A stretch of DNA of 64,000 bases from Octopus vulgaris (lineage: Eukaryota). The notes under the pieces were generated by a model. It saw only the letters and a list, made by a program, of their open reading frames with translations, was not told the origin of the DNA and did not search any database. The stretch spans positions 12,152,001 through 12,216,000 of the forward strand of contig OX597826.1 of assembly GCA_951406725.2 (NCBI GenBank). Reading direction: 5' to 3'. Positions 54,106-64,000 of this stretch are shown piece by piece. The translations under genes and the position numbers were made by a program. Positions within the stretch are counted from its first letter, which is position 1. Every line of letters starts with the position of its first letter.

Positions 54106-54146
54106 TGTTCAACCGGTTTTCGTCATTGTATGACTTGTCAAGAATA
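54106..54146 (-). ncRNA. variant hammerhead-like motif (U3/A8)
   Basis: UAUUC-UUGACAA-GUCA UACAA UGAC-GAAAAC CG GUU/GAACA. Confidence 0.4.
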
Positions 54147-54595
54147 TTTATGTTTTAAAAAGTTTTTTTTAAAAATTAGAAAGGGGAAAAAAAGAAAATT
54201 GCATTGTTTTTTGCAAAAGAATAATGATAAAAATGTACAAAAATTAAAAAATAAATACTCCGATACATTGTGAGTTCGTTGTGTATCTTGAGTTTTATGA
54301 TTGTTCACGGAAAAATTACCTTGAGGTATTAAGATCCAAAGGGATTAAGAGCATGTGTTGTGTGGTTTAATTCAGCATGCTGGCAGGACAGGAAGTAGTA
54401 GTAATTGTGGTTCTTCAGTTCCTGTGTTGTGAGTAAGGGGAGACAACTCTTTTGAGTTCTTCAATAAGGGCTATTGGTAAAACCTAAATTATAAAATTAT
54501 CATTTTAGCTTCATTTGCGTTATCTTTTTTATATAATTGCTTGTTAACTTAACTTTCAGATTTTAACACTTTATTTATATTATTTTCTAATTATA

Positions 54596-54636
<41 letters not shown>

Positions 54637-54655
54637 GCATACATACATACACATA

Positions 54656-55000
54656 TTGGGTCCTCCCATAAATAGTGCCGTTTTTTTTTAATTACATGAA
54701 CTAAAAGTCGGAGGTGGTAGGATAAACTACCTGCATCATTTTGCTATAAAAGCAGGTAGTAGTATCCCGGCATCCCAGGCTAAAGAAGGCCTTCACCTAC
54801 GTAAGGTGTTGTTATCCGTTTGGTGGCATATTAAAGGTTTAGCTTACTTTGAACATTTAAACCCAAACCAAACGACAACAAAGGAGATCTCCACCGAGCA
54901 GCTTGAGCGGTTTAAGTTAGCGCTAGAAGAAAAATGACCATCTTTAGTTTAAAGATGTTTAAAGGTGTTCTTCCATCAGGATAATACTTGGTACATACGA
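54656..55000 (+). pseudogene. mariner fragment (left end fused to catalytic segment)
   Basis: ta|TTGGGTCCTCCCATAA end; LHLRKVLLSVWWHIKGLAYFEHLNPNQT..EQLERFKLALEEK*PSL..VFFHQDN. Confidence 0.8.
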
Positions 55001-55154
55001 CTTATTAACAGACCCTCAGGGAAGGAAAGTGAGGTAGTTTTACGTTTCGAGCAAAGCTCTTCTTTACAAACAGAAACCAGAGGAACGTCCAAGAGAAAAG
55101 GAAGACGGAGGGAAAAATTCGCCAACGATCCACATCTCTATTGAAGCACACATG

Positions 55155-55274
55155 CTTTCGGGGTCGATAAATTAAGTATCACTTACGCACTGGGGTCAAT
55201 GTAATCGACTTCAACCCTTTGCCTGTCCTTGTTTGTCCCCTCTATGTTTGGCCCCTTGTGCGCAATAAAGAAAT
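55155..55274 (+). mobile_element. 3' half of young SINE family B
   Basis: CTTTCGGGGTCGATAAATTAAGTA...GTCCTTGTTTGTCCCCTCTATGTTT...AATAAAGAAAT. Confidence 0.85.
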
Positions 55275-56468
55275 GAAATAAACATACTTGCGTAAATATT
55301 TAGTACGTGTTTGTGTGCGTGTGCCTGTGTGCTTTGGTGTTTCGTGTATATACATTCACCATTACGCGCGTCTTATTATGAACAACATTGCGTCATCGAA
55401 TAGCAGCAGTTGTGTTTTATATTATGCATCAATATTTCTAGACATTTAAAGTTCTTAACGCAGATTTATCATATCAGAATGAATGTTATTCTCAAACTTC
55501 TATTAAACATAAGTCTGGAATAAAGTAAGACTCGTGACATAGCTTTACAAAAATAATATTACATTGTCAAGATATTATTGACAGTCTATACAAATGTCAC
55601 TTTGACTTTGATGTATGAAAGAAAATAAAACATAGTCTGGGAAGCTGAATTCAGTTTAAAACTTAATCAATGCAGATTCATCTTGGTTAATATTTAATTA
55701 AACAAGAACCTGTTTTCTATGAAAACAATATTTACAAAAAAATGAATAAATAAAAAATAATAATAAAAAGAATTTCAATAACGAAATTCTGTATAATGGA
55801 GAAAGAAGATAACGAAAAATAAGTCGACTTAATTAAAAGAAGCAGTTTGAGGTATTAACTTTGCATTTTTTTCTTTGAGTTAATCATCAATTAAAAATTG
55901 TTTATATTCAACCGACATTAATCTCAGCTTTGGGGAGATATATTACTGTCTGTCCAATAAACAGAACACGTTTATATAAGGAAATCAAAAATAGAAGAAT
56001 GTTTTCTGTATTTCACCCAAAAATATCTGCCGTATTCGATGTGAAGTGTGATACCAGCTCAACCACTAAAAATGAAAAGAAAACAAAGAAAACTAAAACA
56101 CAACACTGGACTGTAGAATTTCCTGGTTCGTTAAATGTACGATTTCATCTACGATTTCCTTCTATTTTCGGCCTCAGTTAATTCTATATATCACATTCGT
56201 CTCTGTTTTTCATCTTCTCATAAATACATCTGGTAAATACCTTCCTAGATACAGTATCACAGTCGTTCATGGTGCTCGTGGCGAAGGTTTTGAAAGTCCT
56301 ATTACAATTTAGCTTTCCCTGTCTCAATAACCGGATGATCATTTCGCTAATAACTTGCTCTGGGTGTCTACAACAGAGCCTTGGAAGATGACGTCATTCA
56401 CTGCGACCCTGTTAGTCAAATGGGTGAAACCGCCATAAATCAATCGAATATTAATGAAAATCATTATA

Positions 56469-57630
56469 CGTGGTCTGATCAATAAGTATCCAGACTGTTG
56501 CCATAGTAACGATGCTAAAGCACGCAGAGTAAAACCGCTTGGCACAGATTGACCTTCAAATCTGTTGTGCATACGCACTAAGTTTTAACGTTGTAGGTCA
56601 CTTGCGCTGTTTGCAGCAGTGCTTGGAAGGAAGGTGTGTAACGTGTGATCATCGCATTGAACATGACAGAAAATGTTGAGCAGACAATCAACATCGAATT
56701 TTGCCAAAAGCTTGGCAATACCTGCTCAGACGCCTACGCAAAATTTTCAAAATATTTTCATCGTTCTCGACACAATCAAGGACATCTTGTACACCTGAAA
56801 CCCGAGTGTCTTTTAGGTCAGCTGAAAGCAATTTTGGCACAAATTTGGCAGACACGCGTCTCATACTCAAATCTTCAGTGATAATGGACTGAACTGAACC
56901 GTTACTGATCTGCACATTCTCTGATAAGTCATCGATGGTGATTCGACGATTTCTCCTCACAGATGCACGCCCATCTGCGATGTTTTTCTCAGTTTTACTG
57001 CTGCTTGCGAGTCTCCTAGAGCGTCCGTCAATATCGACATTTTTTCGGCCATCTTGTAAACGTCTGGATCACTCGTACACTAGCGTGCGGCTCATACACT
57101 CCTCTCCATACACTTTCGGCAAATTTGCTTAGGCCTCTGAGCAGGTATCACCATGACAACTTTCTCTGTCATGGTCTCAGAATCATACGCTACACACGTT
57201 CCTTCTAATCACTGGTGTGAACAATGGAAGTGAGCTAGAACATTAAAACTTAGTGCACATGCATCTTATAGCAAAAACAGCGATTTATAGAAAACAAAAG
57301 ACGAAGACAGGTGGGAGAATAACATACAAGTGTATTAGCTTGAGGCTCTGGAAGGACGGAAAATTTTTCGATATTCCCAGCCTGCGCTTTTTGACTGAAA
57401 GGGATGATAGGGAAAAGAATGAAAAGAGAGCTAAAATACGGGGAGAGAAAAAATGTATTAGGATTAACGGCTTAACATGATGAAGTGACCGGAAGAAAGA
57501 GGCTGAGTGAAGGGGAGTTAATAATCACACACACACAGACACGTATATACGAGGTCTGACCAATAAGCATCCGGTGTGTTGCCATAGTAACGAAGCTGAA
57601 GCACATGGAGTAAAGCCGTTTGACAAAGAT
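56469..57630. mobile_element. rearranged mariner: plus 5' end (56469-56750), inverted 5' half (56745-57264), second left end (57550-57630)
   Basis: MTENVEQTINIEFCQKLG on plus; RRITIDDLSENVQISNGSVQSIITEDLSMRRVSAKFVPKLLS on minus; ta|CG.GGTCTGA.CAATAAG.ATCC occurs twice. Confidence 0.85.
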
Positions 57631-57756
57631 TAATTTACTGCTGTAATTTATGCGATGTGTCATTTGTTTGTATAAAATAATAAAATTGAATCAAATTTAT
57701 CATTTAATGATTAAATTGTTTAATTGCTGAATTTATTGTTTTGGTTTCCATTTCTA

Positions 57757-57829
<73 letters not shown>

Positions 57830-57830
<1 letters not shown>

Positions 57831-58975
57831 ACATGACAAAAGTAAATAGACACCCTTATAATCATTGAAATTTATTTAAATCTGAAATTATACATTCAAG
57901 TTATTCATTAATTGTTATCACGTGAATATTTAATATTTAGTAGTCATGCCCTTTGAATTTTTCAGTGCAAGGACCCTATTAGTCATGTTGCTGATCAGAT
58001 GACAAATATCCTCTATGCACAATTTCTAGCGAAGGCACATGCAGTAATCTCAAAAGACTGGCTTTGAAGATGCTTTTTTCTTCATTTTACAACGTTTCCT
58101 TTCCATTATTCCCCCAGAAATGTTCAATCGGGTTCATATCTGGTGACTGGAAGCAATTTTAATGTCATTCTCATCCAACAAATCTTCTATAAATAAACAG
58201 TCTTCTTTAATCATTTCACCACAGAAGAAGTCCTTTTTGCAATATGGACACATATTCATCTGAATTTGTTTCTTTCACACTCCACCACCTCTGACCAAAC
58301 ATTGCCTTAAATTGCTCCCCAGACCATTAGAGAATAACTGCAGTGTTTTACTGTTTGCTGCAATCTTTTCACATCAAATTCTTGATCACAGAGTCTCCAG
58401 ACCCACACTCGACCACTGTCAGGGAATACAGCAAATCTGGGCTCAGCAGAAAATATGACAGTGTCCCAAAATACTCGTGGACTCTGTACCATCTCACTGG
58501 CCCAATCTTTTCTTGATTGGCTGGTCGAAGAAGTGGCGTCCTTCTTGCTGCTCTGCCATAATAGCCAAGTTTGTGGAGATACCTGGCAGCTGTTCTGGGA
58601 CTGACACCAACTTGGTCTGCTATGTCAGAGGCTTTGCAGCGGAGATTATGTCCCACACTCTCATAGGGCCCTGGTTGATCTGGGTGAGGTGATGTGGACT
58701 TCTTCCCCTCTCTTATGAATTACGCTATTAACTGTAGAAAGCGGGATCCCAAGGTTTTCTGCGATTTTACACTGACTGTGACCCCCTTCAGAATGAGCCA
58801 CAATACAGCCTCTTTGAAATTCAGAGAGTCTCTAGGTTTCTTTTGTACACGGCATGATTAAATAGACACGTATAGAACCCGAAACATGAAAATGTCAATT
58901 GATAATAAATATATACAGTTACAAGTTAGAATAAACATAAAAGGATGTTTTATGGGTTGACTATTTACTTCTGTG
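57830..58975 (-). pseudogene. Tc1-family (DD34E) transposon relic with degenerate TIRs
   Basis: [63 protein letters not shown]. Ends AAAGTAAATAGACACCC / GGGTTGACTATTTACTT. Confidence 0.88.
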
Positions 58976-58982
58976 TATATAC

Positions 58983-59028
<46 letters not shown>

Positions 59029-59622
59029 TTAAATATACATGGAGAGATATGTCTATAAAATTTGATTGAACGCTACACTTACGCATATACTCACATTTGT
59101 ATAAAATATCTGCAGATGCATGGATATCGCTGAATCAAATTTTCGAGAGGAATTTTGATTAACGAAGCGGTTGTACCTTACTCATGCTTAATACTTAACA
59201 ACCTATCCCCACCATTTATAGCTTTCTGTATTTTATCCCAAACCCCTGAGGTAAATAGTTGTTATGATATCCACCAGTTTATTTTAGTTTGAACTCATAC
59301 GGAATAAATGTTTTTAAAAAAACGCACTCGACTAAATACACCTGTTATTTACATTATTCTACAAGAGTTTATCCTTGTATACTCAGGTGTGTTGTAAACA
59401 TAGTTTCTCACCTATTTATGATGATGAATACATAAACTATAATCTCTGAGTTCACCTGATATACATTCTTCTTAATTCGTATTTACGTCTCGTTACGTTT
59501 ATCGGTGAACACATGACAGTAAAAAGGTCAGAGCAGAAAAAAACAACAACAACAAAAATACCCAAAAACGAAAAGAAAACAAACGCGAAAAGTTAAACAA
59601 TGGACTGTTAAATGGAAAGAAG

Positions 59623-59738
<116 letters not shown>

Positions 59739-59743
59739 AATAC

Positions 59744-59814
<71 letters not shown>

Positions 59815-59868
59815 CATGTGTATATATATATAAATATATATATATATACATATACATATATATATATG

Positions 59869-59958
<90 letters not shown>

Positions 59959-60593
59959 TTATAATGGTTGTTCTGAAGATGGAAAAGAAAAGAAAAAGAG
60001 CAAAAACATAAAATCTATTTCCTTTGTTTCAATGCAACTATATAAAGAACATCTATAATACGCGATATTGTCAATTTTATAAACATCCATTATAGAGCTA
60101 CTTCTAATGTAAATGCCAAATTCAGACCAGTGGGGTTTTTAGCTTAGTAACTCGCTTAAATAGCTTAACCGGATGTAAGTTTGAAGATAACATGCTAAGC
60201 GTAAATTCATTAATAGGTTTATCTATAATAGCAACAAAGAAAAATGACGACCAAATAAACCTGTAGATAAACGAAAAGCTAAATAGCTAGTAATTGATGT
60301 TTTATCAATTAAGTTAGCCAGATAATAATATTAATAAGAAAAACTGCTTGAAGTTGTTTTGTTTACTAGAAAAAAAGTAGCTTACAAACAATGATGTCTA
60401 AATACAGCATCGTGGAGATGATTTATCGAGTTCAACACATCCTTTTCCTCAGAATTTACATTTAAGTAGAAATAACAATTTATATCCTCAGCTGAAACGC
60501 ATTTTTATTTGTAGAATCTGTGTACGATATACAAACAGTGTGGTCGTATATGTGTGGAGGGATACTCTCTCTCTTCTTTCTCTCTTTTTTCTC

Positions 60594-60678
<85 letters not shown>

Positions 60679-60681
<3 letters not shown>

Positions 60682-60839
60682 CGCAGGAGTAACTGTAGTA
60701 AGAAGCTTTCTTCCCAACAACATGGTGGCGGGTTCAGTCCTACTGCGTGGCACCTTGGGGAATTGTCTTCTATTATAGCCTCAGGCCGACCAAATCCTTG
60801 TGAGTGGATTTGCTAGGCGGAAACTGAAAGAAACCCATC

Positions 60840-60842
<3 letters not shown>
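60679..60842 (+). mobile_element. 5' half of SINE family C
   Basis: AGGCGCAGGAGT...GGGTTCAGTCC..CTGCGTGGCACCTTGGG...GGAAACTGAAAGAA; ends at the internal (TA)n. Confidence 0.85.
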
Positions 60843-60907
<65 letters not shown>

Positions 60908-60915
60908 GCATGCAT

Positions 60916-60998
<83 letters not shown>

Positions 60999-61031
60999 CG
61001 AACCCTGGCTATTGCTCTAGGAGTCGGGTGT

Positions 61032-61080
61032 TCGTGACTGAAGATTAGTCAAACTGCCCGAAACTGAGTCAGTCTCACGA
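61032..61080 (+). ncRNA. type I hammerhead-like motif, GUC site, damaged stem II
   Basis: UCGUGA-CUGAAGA-UUAGUCAAACUGCCC-GAAAC UGAGUCA GUC/UCACGA; perfect 6-bp stem I. Confidence 0.65.
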
Positions 61081-61659
61081 TCTCGTTGTCTGCTAGAGTA
61101 CAGTAAGCGTTCGCTCCCCACTGCTAGCAGTATATAGAGTATATATATATGGGGGCAGCGTCGCACCGATAACCAGCTAGCGGACCATCTGCCAGGGGTT
61201 AAACAAGTAGTGACACGGATCAGACACTCTGATGTGGCGATTGACTTTACTTATATATATCTATTCTTATTTTGCGTTGGTATATGTATGCGTCTTGAAG
61301 TATAGTTGCATCAATTTACATTAATATTCAAAGTCAAAATATTATCATGGTCTACATTGGCTTTCATACTTTTTCGGAATCAATAAAATTATTATCAGGA
61401 GTCGATTCAATCAAATGTTCGCTTCCTTGAACTAAACACCTTTGTGCCTATCAATTAAAAAAAAGAAAAAAATCTCTTAGTGTTCTATGTCAAGGGAGTT
61501 TGGATACGATTGTATGTCAAAGGGAACGGATCGTTTTGACAGCTGAAGTTTGGTCCTTTGTGTGCGTGAGAAAATGTCTTTTTCTATCAAAAATTGCAAT
61601 TCCCTCTGAAATGCAAGACCAACTCAGAAATGTGAGTTATCTTTTTTCCACACAACAAA

Positions 61660-62010
61660 CGAATCTATAAAAATTCTTGAGACAGCCTTATCGATTTGTG
61701 GAATTGTCAGAAGTGGAAGAAATCCCTTAAAGAAGTAATATTCGTTTAGCCATAGCTATAAATCATACAGTGATCGAGATGGTAAAATATATAACAGCTT
61801 GAAACATGCTTAAACTATTACAATTCATGGAAACAGTAGCCTATCAGAGAATTTTTCAATCAGTGAGAAAATTAGGCATCAATATTGCAAAATACAACAA
61901 AGAAAGTTGTATTCATGAAAAAGCTCCACAGCACATTTCTTGACTGCCTAATTTTACTTTATAGATCATGAGTGCGAATTTATGAACCTTACTCATCTAT
62001 GAAAAGGGTG
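61660..62010 (+). pseudogene. possible very old mariner catalytic fragment
   Basis: SCIHEKAPQHIS and IYEPYSS resemble the HDNAPxH and HPPYSPDL motifs. Confidence 0.3.
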
Positions 62011-62137
62011 TACCAGTCATATAAAAAATTCAACTTAATGCATGGTCTTGTATCTGCTACTAAAATTCAAATTGTGAATAGGATTTATACTTTCAATTCA
62101 TCATCATGTATATATACGTACATACATATATTTATAT

Positions 62138-62190
<53 letters not shown>

Positions 62191-62293
62191 GGAGTAAACA
62201 CATAAATGTGAAACAAGGTGGAAAAAAAGAGTACTCAAATACCAGTGGTAGAGTAATATGCTTTATTTTAAGCAGCAGAAAATTCAACAAAAT

Positions 62294-62331
62294 CTGTTAC
62301 TCTGAGTTTCTCGTTGCCGTTCATCAGACAG
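62294..62331 (-). ncRNA. minimal hammerhead-like motif in family P2 element (62189-62345)
   Basis: CUGU-CUGAUGA-ACG GCAA CGA-GAAAC UCAGA GUA/ACAG. Confidence 0.65.
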
Positions 62332-62418
62332 TTTTTGCTAGAATGGAACTGATATATCAATATATATATATGTATGTATATATATATATATATGTATGTA
62401 TGTATGTATGTATATATG

Positions 62419-62910
62419 TATATGCATCAAATGAAATCAAAAACAGAACACAATGGATGTCGCGGTACACGTGTTTCAAGCTTTATAAAACGACCGATTC
62501 TTACATCATTGTATAATCGACATAAAGGATGGTTTAAAGCCCTCTTCAGCCGCATGCAATTGCTATACCAAAGACTTACATCACTCTATGTTGACTGATG
62601 ATACAATATGGACGGATTTTCGAAGTCCAATGATACCCTACACACCTATTTGTTTATGATGATTTACAAACACACTTTCTCAGTGAGACTCGATATACCT
62701 ACTATTATGGGTAATACCAAATGAACCTTTCGGATTTTTCATAATGTGATGTAAGTCTTTGGTATAACAATTGCATGCGGCTGAAGAGAGCTTTAAACTA
62801 TCCTTTATGTCGATTATACATTGATGTAAGAATAGGTTGTTTATAAAGCTTGAAACACGTGTACTGCGACATCCTTTGTGTTCTGTTTTTGATTTCATTT
62901 GATACATATA
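62419..62910. mobile_element. inverted-repeat element (165-bp arms, 161-bp spacer) with a hammerhead on each strand
   Basis: 62419-62584 versus 62746-62910. Motifs at 62461-62554(-) and 62776-62868(+). Confidence 0.8.
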
Positions 62911-62974
62911 CCCTCTCACCTCTGCTACTAGCTGGCGTATACAGGTGCTTACACTTATCAAGTATTCACCCTGA

Positions 62975-63073
<99 letters not shown>

Positions 63074-63255
63074 TGTATATATATATATATATATATATAA
63101 CAAGGTAAAAGTTTATATTTTTCACACCATTCGAAAATTGGTCTTAAAATGTGGTTTTGGTCGTTTTGACTGCTTCTTCTATCGTATAAAAATTACCTAT
63201 TAAAGGTAGTTTACTCTTGTGTTTAAATGTACGCTATTTTAAATATATATATATA

Positions 63256-63650
63256 CTAGCAGTATCGCCCGGCGTTGCTCGGGTTTGTAAAGGAAATAAC
63301 TATATAAGCATTTTTAGAGATGTAAAGTATAATAGCCATCTCAATATGGCTAACCACAAAGGGGTGGTGTTACTGTAGCTTTTTACGTTCTGAGATTTAA
63401 TAATAAATTTTTAGAGAGTTACTTCCCTTATATATGCCAAAATGCATTAAAAATGGGAAAAATTGATGGTAAATATTTTTAAAAATCGTAAACTCATCGT
63501 AGACGCACGCTAATACCCAGAAGGGCTCGATATGAATCACGACTATAAGATACTCGGTTTTGGTTAAACTGCACCGCAAAATGTGGGAGTATTTAGGAAT
63601 CCAAATCGTAGGAGACAGACAGCACACAAACTCTCTTTTATATATAAAGA
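63256..63650 (-). mobile_element. non-autonomous Helitron
   Basis: Minus strand reads a|TCTTTATATATAAAA...CCCGAGCAACGCCGGG CGATACTG CTAG|t. Confidence 0.85.
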
Positions 63651-63665
63651 TATATATATATATAC

Positions 63666-63736
<71 letters not shown>

Positions 63737-64000
63737 ATAAAATGTCGGGTACGATCAGTACCTGTTTGCTTGAAAGAGGATTTAAACCCTCCCAAACAAC
63801 GCATCACTCACTATATGTAGACACGCACGGAGAATATAGCCAATACATTTCTCCGAAACAGTCCTTCCACTTGTATGATACATATAGTAAAATACAAATA
63901 AGATCATAGACATTCTGGTATCAATCGATTTCGCTTTCTCTGTTAAACCAACACTCAAAGCGCGTCAGCCAGACTTACTACATGAACTATTTAAAAACAC

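Overview
AT-rich, microsatellite-dense animal genomic DNA that is intronic or intergenic. The SINE families and the (TA)n/(CATA)n/(TAA)n load point to an octopod cephalopod (inference from remembered repeat families; no search was run). No intact protein-coding gene is supportable. Most ORFs in the track are translations of simple repeats or transposon relics. The window holds three tRNA-derived SINE families (over 20 copies), R4/Dong-like RLE retrotransposon 3' ends stacked in a TAA array, RTE and L1/Tx1 relics, Tc1/mariner and hAT relics, two non-autonomous Helitrons, a piggyBac-type MITE and a 400-bp MITE with 29-bp TIRs and an 8-bp TSD. The most striking signal is about 15 minimal type I hammerhead-ribozyme-like motifs from roughly 9-10 unrelated short non-coding elements, mostly next to (TA)n tracts. 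Several sit in tail-to-tail inverted elements that carry a ribozyme on each strand, and several have unusual cores (extra purine after A9, U3-A8 swap, 60-90 nt stem II). This fits Penelope-like-element derivatives. Several long hairpins and one candidate minus-strand exon are also noted.
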